A stretch of 64,000 nucleotides of DNA from Protoeuglena noctilucae (taxonomy: Eukaryota), in assembly GCA_958009085.1 (NCBI GenBank), contig OY253687.1:744001-808000 (forward strand), in the 5' to 3' direction. The notes beneath the pieces are model-generated. The model did no database searches and had not been told where the DNA came from. It saw nothing but the letters and a program-made list of their open reading frames with translations. The first letter of the stretch is position 1. Each line of letters begins with the position of its first letter. Positions 1 to 12,026 of this stretch are shown here, piece after piece. The position numbers and the translations under genes were made by a program.

Positions 1-2
1 AG

Positions 3-164
3 GCCCGTGAGGCTTTCCGGCATGACAACCGGGAGTTGGTCGAGCTGCACCGGGCGCAGTGCGCGTGGGAGCAGTTCCGGGCACGCCTGGTGGCGAACGT
101 GCTGTGGGACGCGCACCACCACCGCAAAGCACGGAACGGGACGGCGCACACCGACCGCGCGTGA
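3..164 (+). CDS. 3' end of a gene entering from the left of the window (AREAFRHDNRELVELHRAQCAWEQFRARLVANVLWDAHHHRKARNGTAHTDRA*), product unknown
   Basis: Open frame with GC3-rich codons ending in TGA; no recognisable motif. Confidence 0.4.
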   Translation, partial: AREAFRHDNRELVELHRAQCAWEQFRARLVANVLWDAHHHRKARNGTAHTDRA

Positions 165-457
165 GACTGCGCGTCGCATGGCACGTATGCCGCACTGCTA
201 GAGAGCTTTCACAAGGCGTCTTGTCATGTCGCAGCCAGGGCACGCCCGGCGCTCATTGTGAACAATAGCTTTTCTTTTTGAACTGCGCGCGTCCACTTCC
301 AATGCATGGCGGTTAATACTGACAGTAGCGTGGCAAAGCTTAGTCATTCGCTCTTTGCTTCATCCACCACACCCATTCCCCCGTCGCCCACTCTTCAGTC
401 CTCGCCCCTCGGATTAGCCCCTATCACTCATCACCCCACCCCCTCGTCTCTCCCACG

Positions 458-1922
458 TCACTCATCCATCAAGGCCCACAGCCTGTCAGCCATCTCCGTC
501 CGGCTCACAGTCGCATCAAAGTCGAAATGCCGAGGGCCCGCCTTGGACATGTCCACCACAAAGCCCCGCACCCTGCGAGCCAGTCGAGGATATTCACAAG
601 ATACGAGAGTCATTCGCATAAGAAGAGATGACATAATTAGAGCACACATGAGACATGCACACACACACACACACACACTCTTCGTGGCTGTGCACCTCTG
701 ACAAGCCCCCTCCACTCTCTGCGACCTCCTCACCTGGACGGCCACCCCGACGGGTCCACGTCGATGCTGGAAATGTGTTTCATCAGCGCCAGCTGCCGCT
801 GCCGGTCTTCCAGCTCCGCCCTGCGAGGGAAGGGACAGGGAGGACCGAGTCAGGCCTCGCTTGTCAGGAGAGCGGAGAGCGGAACGAACTGGGCTAGGTG
901 AAGCAATATCTTTTGTTTCACCCTCCTGTCGCGGCAGCCACACTACACTGCCAGGTGTGGGGTAACATGTCGGCGACACACACGTCACCCAGAAACAACA
1001 GCAGGTATCACGTGCTGGTGGGTTTTGGAACTCACTTGAAGGCAGCCACGCGGTCCCTCTCTCCCTCCGCCTGCGCCAATCGGTCCCGGATGTGCTGCCG
1101 GTGTCGCTGCTGGCCCTCCACCATGGCGTGACCCTGTGCGATGCGCTGGTGAGACTCGCGCACCTGCGGGGGACACGCAGGGTCAGGCATTTGGGTTTCT
1201 CATATTCTCCGCTACAAAGCCATGAGCAGTGGGTTCATTGTTGGGGCACCGGCGCGAGTCGAGGCCATGTCGTGGTGCTGTGGCATGGGCGGGTGCAGGC
1301 CTGGGCTCCTTGCCTGTTGGGTGAGGCGGCCCATGGCGTCCTCGTGCGACTCAGCCGTCTCGGGGGGCATCATTTCCGACTCGAGGCGAGACACGTCGCG
1401 CGTCATGGACCGGATCAGGTCGCGCACTGCGGAGATAGAAGCGTTTGGAGCTTGCCACTCGCATCCGCAAGCAAAGCCGACTACAGGGACCGCCTTGCGT
1501 TGAGAGGTCATGCGCGTCCAGTCACAGTTCAGTCAACCTATCGCTTACACCAGTGCTGCCGGCGCGGGCGGCCGTTCCGCACCGGACTGCTCCTTGTTGG
1601 CGACCGTCGCCACTACGTCCTCGTAGGCTTGCTGGATGGCCATGACCTTGGTGCTGTCCTCCGGGCCGAACGACCGTATCAGCTCATCCATGATCCCCAG
1701 ATGCTCCTGCGGGTCGAGCGCGGGGATAGGGCGCAGCGTGGCCAAGCAGGCATGCGGGCGATGTGTGGCCCAGCCGCGCGCGAGTACGCTCCGCTCGGAC
1801 GATGCGACTGCCGATAAACTGGATTTTTCTGTGCATGTCAGATTAGATGGACTCCGCGCTCGCCGCCCGCAGAGCCCGGCGCCACCGTTCAAAATGCCAC
1901 GCACCCTAACAACTCCCGCCAT
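458..1922 (-). CDS. SPC24: Kinetochore NDC80-complex subunit Spc24-like protein (multi-exon)
   Basis: Coiled-coil exons (1545-1707, 1310-1450, 1035-1163) followed by AELEDRQRQLALMKHISSIDVDP...RVRGFVVDMSKAGPRHFDFDATVSRTEMADRLWALMDE*, which resembles the Spc24 C-terminal domain; GT-AG junctions are in phase where checked; the start (1922 or 1937) is inferred. Confidence 0.7.
659..678. repeat. (CA)n microsatellite in an intron
   Basis: acacacacacacacacac seen directly. Confidence 0.9.
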
Positions 1923-2304
1923 CTCCGTCGCCGTCATCGCCGCGCCCGGGTGTCCCTGGCCAACGGTATGTTGACTTCTGCCTCGACAGGCTTGATGCCG
2001 AGCGGCGGGACAGGGGTCCTCCTGAATGCAATTGGGGTTGACACGAACACTCTTCTCAGAGAAGAAAGCGGATGCTGGGCGCGAGGAGTCTCCTGGTTAG
2101 ACGCAAGTGCTCGTCCGAGGCAGTACATTCGTTTGGATGCATTGCGTCTCACTCAGCACTGACAAGAAGGCCGCGCCAGTCACTGACACGTCTCGATCCT
2201 CGTTCTCCATCCCTGTTGCTACAGCAAGACAGTGCACACGACGTCTCTTAGCACGATTTTCGCTTCAAGCGCGCGGCAGCGACATCACGCACGCGCAGGG
2301 AGCC

Positions 2305-4544
2305 TCACGCCGCAGGCTGCACCGACTCAAGCATGCGCTTGGCCGAAGCGCTAGAGTGAATCGCCCTGCGCGAACAGGACAGTCGCTTTGCTTCCCTTTT
2401 CCAGCTAACAATAACGACACGCTCGCCTCGCATGCGCAGACTGCAGCTGCAGCTTCGGAGCCGCTCGCCAGGTCCGTCCCTCGCCCCTCACCTCAGCTCC
2501 GGATTCTCTCGCAGGAAGTCATCCGCCTCCCGCCGCTTATCCGCAGCCTCCATCCGCGCCACCGCGCTGTCTCCCGCCCGCGTGCTGCCGTCCCACCCGC
2601 CCTTGTCCCCGCCGCGCTCTGCCGCTGCCGCCCGATGGGCTGCACCCTCCTGCTCCCGCGCACGAGACGCCTCTGCGGGAACAGAGATGACGAAGCGCAT
2701 CTTTGTATCACGTACGAGACTATCCAGCGCCAACTCTCTCGAAACTTGCAAATCACACTTACCCTGCATTTGGGACTACCGATACTGAAACTGCTGCCGG
2801 CATCGCAGTCCCTCACAAGCACAGCCACTGGCAAGACCCGCAGCCTGCCCCGCCCCGTTCCCGCTCACCGGTCCCCAACGCAAACGTCGAAGGCGCCTCG
2901 GAGCCCGCCACCGACGCCGCCCCATTGGCAGCCCGACTGCGGCCATCGGCTGCCCTCTGCGCCCGGGCCTGCGCCCGCCGCAGCGCGACGTGGTTCATCG
3001 CGCGAACGAAGTTCTTGCGCCACTGCGCGTCCCGCTTGAGGGCCTCCAGCGTCACTGCGTTGTTAGCTGCGGCGCCCCTGCCGTCCGCCGTCGCCCCCTC
3101 CTCCTCCTTCAGGACCTCCATCGCCGCCCGGAGGTCCTCGTCCTCGATATCCTCCAAATATCTGTCGAAATCGAGGTTCTCGGCGAAGTCCAGCAGGTCG
3201 GCCACCTGCACCGGCAACGCAGAAGGGATGCTATGGTAGGCAGCTGCAGGTCTCCACAAGGCATGCAGCTACAGACGGCGAAGCAACAAGGATCTGCAAG
3301 CAGCCATTTTACAGCTGCGTATTGTCGACCAGTTCATATGCAGCGAAGCTCTTCGCCCCTTACCTCGTCATCTGGGAGGTCGTCGTCGATGTCGGCGCCA
3401 CGACGGGCCGCTGCACTGGGACCGGACGCTTTCGCAGCCACCTCAGCCTTCTGGAAATGCGTCAAGGGGGAGCATTGCATCCACCCGACAAGTGAGATGT
3501 CTCGACGTGCACATTGAACTCGCTACAACAAGACAGGCCGAGGTTGCATCACAAGTAAGCCGCAGCTCACCGTCGCCTGCGATGGCTCCCTTGCTACGTC
3601 CTCTGCCGCCGCCCTCTCCGCTCCCTCCGCCGCCCGCGGCTCCTCTGGTGCTGCTGCCGCTGTCTTCCTGCTTTCCGACTCTCGCCCTCCCTTCTCGCCC
3701 TGCGTGCCTTTCCCTGCATCGCCCGTCGACAGCGCACCCTGCAGTGCACAGCACAGGCGCCGTTGTCGGTTTACTGGCGACCCACCTCTCACCTCCATTA
3801 GCTCAAATGCCCCATGCACCCTCTCACCTCGATCAGGTCCGCCATCTCCCTCTCCAAATCCCGCAGCGTATCGTCCGGGATCTCCCGCGGAAGCTCGGAC
3901 ACGAATAAGGGCGCCCGGCTTTCCACCTCGAGCCGCGGGGGACGGGGCCGTTCGGGCGGTGCGGCTGTCGCCTGCCCAGCAGCGTCGTCCGTTGATGGCG
4001 CGAAAGGGTCACGGGCCAAAATCTCCTTGTGAAGCTTCTCGGAGCGCTCTCTCAGCGACCGCTCCCGCGCCTGCTCTGAGTCCCGTTGCAGCGTGGCGTC
4101 CTGACGCCGGCTCGCCAGCACGCTGCTGAGCGTCTGGGTGGCATGTCGGGCGGCACGAGTGAAGAGGCGGCATGCAAGCCACGCGCGGCGCGGCGGCTCT
4201 GGGCGCGGTCACCGATGGCGCAGCGTAAGGCGACAAGCTTGCCTTTGGCCTGGGTCACTCACCCGAATCATCTGCTTGTGTCGGTCAAGCGGCGTCACGT
4301 GGACCACCTTGCGCACGGGCATCAGCTTCCGATGCGGAGCCACTCCCGGAGGATCCCTGCGGTGGAAAAGGAAGTGATGATCGCGAATCGGCGCCGCCCG
4401 GGGCGCGCAATGTGCGGAGAGGGGCCGCCCTGCATCTCACCGGCACACGTTGCCCGGGATGAAGGGCGGGCCGGCCGCAGCGGGCGCCGGATCGACCGGA
4501 CGGTCGCATAGCATGACGCCCTTGAGGCTGCCGTCCGCGGACAT
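2305..4544 (-). CDS. Uncharacterised multi-exon protein (MSADGSLKGVMLCDRP...LLDFAENLDFDRYLEDIED...ELRAIHSSASAKRMLE)
   Basis: Coding-like exons at about 4440-4544, 4262-4355, 3835-4120, 2830-3205, 2492-2740 and 2305-2365 with GT-AG borders; TGA at 2305-2307; not all internal junctions were resolved. Confidence 0.65.
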
Positions 4545-5253
4545 GGCGGCAAGCGATGGCACGCGATGCCAAAGGTGCCACGCACTGTCGCGTGCAACTC
4601 CCCGGCCGCCGGGCCCCTTCCTGCGTGTATTGTGCGAGGGACTAATCAAGTGCAAACGCGCATGCTGTTCAAGCGATCCTGCGGAACGAGGGGTCGCCAC
4701 ACGGGCTTGCCGAAGCTGAGCCACCTTCTGCCCACGCCGACCGAAGAAAGAGCCACTGAGAGAGGCCCAGGCGGCCGGCAATGCAATGTATCGTATCGCA
4801 GTTACAGCGCGCCGTGCATCGTTCGGGACGAGGAGCACCCCCGCAGGCATTTGGTCCGCTGCCATGTGAGCAGCTCGGCTCCCTCTCCCAACCCACCTGC
4901 GGCACTCAGGCCAAAGCAGACGCGCTTAGTGACTTCGCTGTTAGATATGCTATGCAAGTACCAGCTCCTCGGCAGCTGGCGCGCTCGCCAGACGAGAATT
5001 ACACGGCGAGTAACGCATGAACGCGTGCTAGCAGAGTACAGCGCTTGGAACGGACCCCGCAGCCTCTGCCCCGTGTAAAGCTAGCTGATCTGCGGGACGC
5101 TGGCTAAGCCGCGATGGACAGACGGTGCCTGACCATGCTCTGGCACGATCGAGTCAGAAAAGTTAGAGAAATGTCGACCCGTCTGAGAGACCTAGACACT
5201 CTCCGCTCGGTTCGCGGCAATCTTGTGCTTGCGCAAGTGTTGAGCGTGCCAAG

Positions 5254-6568
5254 ATGAGGGTGAGATTGCGCTTTCCGGGAGGGCAGACCACGCTCGAGCT
5301 CCCAGGGGACGCTTCGATCGAGGCATTGACGACAGCGGCCGCCGAGAGGGCCGGCCTCGACCCTCGCGCCGTAGAACTCCTCGTGGGCTTTCCGCCGAAG
5401 CCAGTCTCGACCTTGGGGGATGTCCAGGACGGGGACACGGTGGTCATACGCGCCTCGGGCATTAAATCAGCGGTGACACCGCCCGTGGTTCGGGAATCCG
5501 AGCCCGCGGGTCCATGCATCGTCCGGCGTGTGATGCCGTCCGACAACTCGTGTCTGTTCCGCGCGGTGGGCTACGTCGCGCAGCGCGACGAAGGCGCGCA
5601 CGCGCAGCTGCGGGAGACGGTTGCGAGGACGGTCGCGTCCAATCCCGATGAGTTCTCTGAGGCATTCCTCGGGCGTCCAAACGCCGAGTACGTGTCGTGG
5701 ATCCGCGACGTCAACCACTGGGGAGGGGCCATCGAGCTGATGGTCCTCTCGCGTCACTTGCGGTGAGCGCATGGCGTGTTGCGTCCCTTGCAATGAGCCC
5801 ACGGCCACTTGTGCGTGAGCCCATGGTCCCCGCATCCCCCCGCGTCCTGCGCAGGAAGGAGATCTGGGCCTTTGACATCCAGACGGGGGTGAGGGCTCAT
5901 GCAGGGCGTTGGGTGCTCACACCGACGTTGCAGTGGGGGCACGCGTTGGTCACATCATGCATACCATGACTTGATTTGACTCGCTGCTTCCCTGCTTCTC
6001 TCGCCCCGCAGCGCATCGATCGGTACGGTCAGGACCAGGGGTACGCTGAGGGTATCATGCTGCTGTACGACGGCATTCACTATGACGCGTTGGCAGAGTG
6101 CCCGGCCCCCGATGCGCCCAAGGACTTCGACGTCACGGGTGAGGCGGGTCAGTTGTGCAGTTTAAGTTTAAGCTGGGCAACATGGATGCACCCTGCGAAC
6201 TCCATGGTGACCGTGGCAGTCTGTGTCGTCGCGTTGCGTGGCGTGTGCAATGCCATGGCCGCACCCTGCAGTGTAGCTGCATTGCGTTGTAGGATACCTA
6301 TCAAGGGTACCTACCTTGCAACACGACATGATGACGACGCGTGCTTCTGTCCACGCTCCCCGCAGTGTTCCCCGTGGGTGCTGGCATCGACCGGGCAGCT
6401 GCGTCTGCCTCGGCCCTCGTGGCGGGCCTCCGGTCCCAGGGCCGGTTCACGGACGTCGCTCGCTTCACTCTGCGGTGCGGGCGCTGCGGGGAGGGGCTGG
6501 TGGGGCAGAAGGAGGCCGTGGCGCATGCGGCAAAGACAGGGCACACGCAGTTCGAGGAGTACCGATGA
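5254..6568 (+). CDS. OTU1: OTU1/YOD1-type deubiquitinase (Ubl/UBX-like N-terminus, OTU catalytic domain, C2H2 zinc finger)
   Basis: [12 protein letters not shown] catalytic Cys motif, [19 protein letters not shown]-terminal FTLRCGRC...[17 protein letters not shown]; 4 exons. Confidence 0.93.
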
Positions 6569-7079
6569 CGGAGCGTGTGTTACGGGAGCGAGCAAGCGAG
6601 CGAGCAAGCGAGCGAGCGATGGCAGGGTGCTGTTGAGAGGAGAGAGCGGCTTCGCGGCAGGAGAGCGATGACATGACGCCGAGCAAAGTTCTGCCATACA
6701 TGCTCGTGCTTGACTGCGGTGCTGGTGGTGGCGGGCCAGCATGAGCCCGCAACCGGCATCTGCTTGACTTCAAGCGAGAGAGGAGCGGGAATGCCGCTTG
6801 CGGTGTCTTCTAGTCTAGATGGCACGGGGGTCAAGGCCGCGCGACGCTCCCGGTCGCGACCCCAGAGTGCGCCCGTGGCAGGGATAAAATTGGATGGCAT
6901 CTGGCGTAGCTCAGAAAACTGGGATTTGTGCGAGGGTGACCCGCGGCAATGGGCGCGCGCAGCGCGACGCAGATAGGGACGGATGAGGTGTTGTGGCCGG
7001 CTGCGCCCGCCGTGCTTGCCCGCCTTCTCCCAAGCAGGCTGCGGATGGGTCGCCCGCTTAGCAGCGAGTCGTCAGCGAA

Positions 7080-10000
7080 TTAACTCCCGTGGAGCAGGCT
7101 GTCAATGAATTCGTCCACGGCCTTGCCCTCCGGCAGCATCAGGTCGTCGTCCATCAGGAGCTTCCTGCGAGCCGGAGAGCAGAGAACGGGATTGAAACAG
7201 TATTAATGCGGTAGAAATATCAATAGCAAATCTACCTGTCTAACCTCGCGAGGCGACCGGACCTCGGGGACGCGCAGGACGATTCCGTCCTTCAGGCGCA
7301 GCCCACACCCGCACTGCAAACCCAATTTCCCAGCCAACTCACCCGGGGTCCATCAGCCCGAGTACGTCCATGGAATCGGCGTCCATAGCCCCCGAGTCCT
7401 CGAACCCAGCCGTCTCGGCGTTGCTGTCCCGCACCAGAGAATGGGGCACGGCGGCCAGGACAGGGGCCGAGGCGGGAGGTGGGGCGGGGGACAGACCGTG
7501 AGGGCTCACATCCACGCGGCTGCAGGGTGAGGGAGAACAGTGGGCTGATCGTGAACGTGTCGGTGAGGGTGAGGGTGGTGGGTGCGTGGGCGAGAGTGGT
7601 AGTGAGCGGAAGGGTGCAAGACTCCAGCCAACCGGGCATGCGTAGTCAGCAATGCTTGCTAACGCACCTGGCCATGCCATCCACCCGCGATGAGTAGCTG
7701 AGGCGCGAGGTGGGTGCGGTGAGGGCGTGCGACGATGGGCCGCCATGCAGTGCCTTGTTGGGGGAGGTGGGGCCTCCCATGTGACCCCTGGGCGACGCGT
7801 GGGACCTGGAAAGACACAGAGAAAGGGGTGTAGTGGCAAAAGCGCAGCAGGCAACCCCACCGACCCCGTCATTCACCAACTGTGATCATGCCCACCCCGC
7901 CACTCAACCCCACTCACCCCGCATCCACCGCCATGCCGTTCCCGACCCCCAAAGGCCCGAGCCCACCGTATGGCCCCATCCCCATCGCCCCAGACACCAT
8001 ACCCCTACCCCCCGATACCATCCCCCCTGACGCCATACCCATCGCCCCTGACACCATCGGGCCTGACACAGGCGCAGTCTGACTGTCGTACTTGACAGGC
8101 CCGCCAGGTGGCACGCCCTTGTGACCCCCGCCGCCCATCGCAGGTATGCCACCCACCCCGCCACCCCGCGGCGCCCCTGACGGGTAAAGCCCCGCCGAGT
8201 GCACCGATCCTGAGTCAGGGGAAAGGGGGGGCATTTGTCATAGCAAATACGGAGCACACATTGTTTATACACCACAGGGGACCTCGCCACTCTCCCGCCT
8301 GCATCGCTCTGTCTTTTACTCAACCCTCATGAACCACCCCACCCCACCGCCCCATCTCTCACCTCCCACCCCCTCCACCTCACCTCACCTCACCCCACCC
8401 CACCATCCCATCACCCCATCTCTCACCTCCAACCCCACCCCACCGCACCCCTTCCCATCCCTCACCTCCCACCCCCTCCCCCTCCACCTCCCCCCCCGCG
8501 GCCCACACGCTCGATGCCTTGGACCTCTGCCCTCCCCCCTGACTCGAATGCCCCTGGATCTTCTTCAAATACAGCCGGTACTTTTGGAGGTGACTTGCCA
8601 CGTTCTCCCGCGTCAGACCGGGCACCTCCATGAGGCTCAGGATGCGCTTGGGGACGGCCTGGGGGAGTGGGGTGGGGTGGTCATGTGAGGGAGGGGGGTG
8701 TGGGTGTTGTGAGGGGAGTGGGGTGGTGAGGTGAGGAGGGGGGGTGTTGGTGTGGTGAGGGGAGTGGGGTGGTGAGGTGGGGGGGGGGGGGGGTGTTGGT
8801 GTGGTGAGGGAGGGGAGCGTGTCAGTAACATGGACAAGTGTGCGTTCGTGGATATCGCCTCGTCCAAACCCCCTCGCTCCACCCCACTCGCCTTGTCCAC
8901 CCCCATCACATGCTCATAGTCACTAGCCATGGTCAGTAGCCACAGTCACTAGCCATCACTCGCCTTGTCGACCCCCAGCTGGTTGACGGCGTTGACGAAC
9001 TTCTGGTGCATCTCCACCGTCCACACCACGCGGTGCTTCTTCACGCGGCGGAGGCCGTCCTGGGAAGATCAACAGGGACAAGGATCGGTGTCAAAGCATA
9101 TGGGGAGTATGAAAGCATAGGGAGAGTGCTGAAGGGTGTCAAATGGTATTACACCCTCCTTGCACCCTTCATGCAACCATCCACCCACCCACCCCTCCCC
9201 CAGCCCTAACCCCCACCTTGGGCGTCCCCGGCCCACCCGATATCGCCTCCTGCACGCTCCCCCCCTTCCTGGGCTTGCCGTGCCCCCACGAGCCCCCCTG
9301 CGCCACCGACACACTCAGGCTGCGCTCCGTGACGCTCTTGGATGCGCGGACGACCGCGCTGGTCGTCTCGGCGGCACGCAGCGCCGCGGCGCGCATCGGG
9401 CGGGATTTGGAGGAAGACTGGGGGTGGGTGAGAGGGGGTGGGTGAGGGTGAGGGTGCGGGGGGTGGGTGGGTGAAGGGGGTGAGAGTGGGGGCGAGGGTG
9501 CAGGGGCGCATGTTGTGGGATGCATGGGTGTGTAACTGGGCGAGGGGGAGCACGCTAGGGTGGAAGCGTGCCCTCAACAACCCCCTCAGCCATGCGATCT
9601 CAATCCCAACGCGTCCTTTCACCCTCGACTCGCATCTCCCCTCCCACCCACCGCACTCACCTCGTCCCCCTGTCCCGTCTTGCTACCCCCGGCCCCCGGC
9701 AGCCCCAGCCGCACCCGGGGCATGCCCTGCTCCCCCATGAATGGCCTACCCGACCCTTCCCCGTACATCGCCCCGTGCGGACCCCCCGGCCCGTGCATGG
9801 TTGCCGAGCCCACGTGAGGGAGCGTCACGGTGGCACCTAGGCGCGGGGACGCGTCCGCTGCGTCCGCGACATCGTTGTCCGTGGGAAGGAGGTCGTGGCG
9901 GCGGCGGACCACGTGTTGCCTGCAAGAAAGGGGAAGAGATTGCGGGGCGGTGAGGCGCGGTGGTGCGTCAGGGTGAGGGTGCAGGGGTGACATGCCGCGC

Positions 10001-10840
10001 GGGGGACGACGCTCGCGCGCGATAGGAGTAACATATGGCGTAATTATTTCGCTTCTCCGGCACTCGCCAGATGTTCCGCAACTCCTCGATGCGCACGGGC
10101 TTGATGAGATAGTCGACCGCACCCGCCGTGATGCCCCGGTACACCACGCTCGTGTCCCCGTTGGAGCTCATCATGATCACCGGGATGTCCATCTCGATGC
10201 CGATGCGCTCCAGCAGCCTGCGCGGGAGGCGCGCGGGAGGAATTGCGAACGCGCGACGTCGCTCCCCGCGGTCGATGCCAGCTGCGCCGGCGCGCAGGCG
10301 GCCCCGCCGCGCCCGGCCGCGCGCGCACTTGAATCCGTCCATGTCCGGCATGTGCACGTCGGAGAGAACGATGTGGAAGCGGTCCGGATCGGCTTTGAGG
10401 AGTTCGATGGCCTGGCTCCCCGACGTGGACGTGGAGACCTCGAACTTGCAGTGCTGCAGGACCTTCTGAACGATGCGCAGGCAGACCGGATCGTCGTCGA
10501 CGACGAGGACGCGGATGCCCTCCGGAAAGCGGGGGAGGGGGCTGCGGGGGGCCGATAAATGCCGTGCTGCAGGACCCGGGGCGCGATCGCGCGGGAGGCA
10601 CGCGGTCGCCGCGCCGATGCCCCGGAAGCAAGCTCCGGTGCCGGTTTGGGGCGACCGCGCCGGATCCGCGCCGCGCCGACGCCCCGGCGCGCACCTGCTG
10701 TTGCTCGCCCGCCCCCACGCATTCCGCTCGCGGGTGGCCTCCTCCGACAGGGACTCGAACCGGGGCGACTCGAGGAACCCCGAATCGCCCTCGGATGCCG
10801 CCCCGAGGTCCATCGCCAGCACCGTCGTCGCGCCGAGCAT
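7080..10840 (-). CDS. Type-B response regulator (receiver domain plus GARP/Myb B-motif DNA-binding domain)
   Basis: [29 protein letters not shown] (phospho-acceptor Asp), [52 protein letters not shown]...[19 protein letters not shown]; last exon ends HGS-TAA; start is 10840 or 10813. Confidence 0.92.
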
Positions 10841-12026
10841 GGTGGGCGTGGAGGGCGAGGCAACCACCTGCGGCAAGAACGCGTGCCGGGTTTCCGGCCA
10901 GGGCACCGCGGCTCGATCCGGGGGCCCACGCGACACGCGGCCCGATGGCACTGCGTCCCACGCACGCGCCCAGCTGCGCGGGCTGGGGGACATGGGCGGG
11001 GGAGGTAGGTCGGCGAGCTGGGCCGCCCGGGCCGCGCGGGGGCCCGGGGAGGGGGGCCCCGGGCGGCTGTTCGACGGTAACGGCGATGGAGGTACCGCAA
11101 GGGCCGTCCCAGATGGCCCGTTCCCCCTCTTCCCCTGGATGAGGGGCCAACGAATGTGGGGGCGAGGCGCCGTGGCGATCCGGGGCATCTCGGGCGCGAC
11201 GGCCCCGCATCGAAATCGCAAAATGAAAGGGCCTGGGCGCGTCGGGGGGCTCGCCCGCGTGCGCCTGGATGGCTCACCCGCGGGGGGCTCGCTGGGTGAG
11301 TCCAGCTCGTCCTGCGTTTCCCCGGTAGCGATGGGCACGTTGCGACAAGGTCCAGGGTCGACGCACGGCCCGGCCTCGTGTCGCCCGCTCGGTCCGACCT
11401 GGGTCAGGAGGTTGACCCCCTTGGTCGCGGTTTCGAGACCCCCGCCCTCGCCGCTCCTTGCCAGGATTCAAAATCAGCTCTCTTCCTCCCCGCCTGAGGG
11501 CCCAGGTCCCGGTGAGCTGGCCTGAGCCCGGATTCTCAGCATCTCGGCCCCGCAGCCGCCACTGCGGGATCTCGGTCCCGCTCTGTGCAGTCTTTCCCGA
11601 TCGTGTCTGCATCTCGGCATCCGGGTCCGCGCGGCGTTGACCGTGAGCCGCTTTAGGCTTGCCAAGCGGGCCCCCGCGGATGTATCCCATGCCGCGAGCG
11701 TGAATCCGGCCCCAATGTTTGGTTTTCGCGGACGCTGATGGGTGCCCGACACCACCGCCATGATCGCTGAACGGAGGGACCCGCCCTCCGCAGCGCGGCG
11801 CTGGCGTCCCCTGCGCAGAGGCGGTTCCGGCCCCGACGCCCCTCCCGCGCCTGTTTCCGCGCCATTTTCTGCGAGCCGCTTCTCGGGGGTCGCAAACGCT
11901 CGTGTGTGCCTCCTCCGGCACCATCGACCGACGCGGGGGCGCCGCACGTGCCGGTTTGCGCAGCCTGCAGCGACCTGACCTGCGCCTGCGCGACGCTCCA
12001 CGTGCCACGTCCCGCGCAGAACGAGA

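Noticed and set aside
1906..2230. Extension of the 2305-4544 gene by two extra exons ending in a TGA that overlaps the Spc24 ATG (ATGA at 1934-1937), suggesting a bicistron
   Set aside because: The preceding exon reads directly into TGA at 2305-2307, which is simpler, and the extra exons have no homology support; long-read cDNA would be needed
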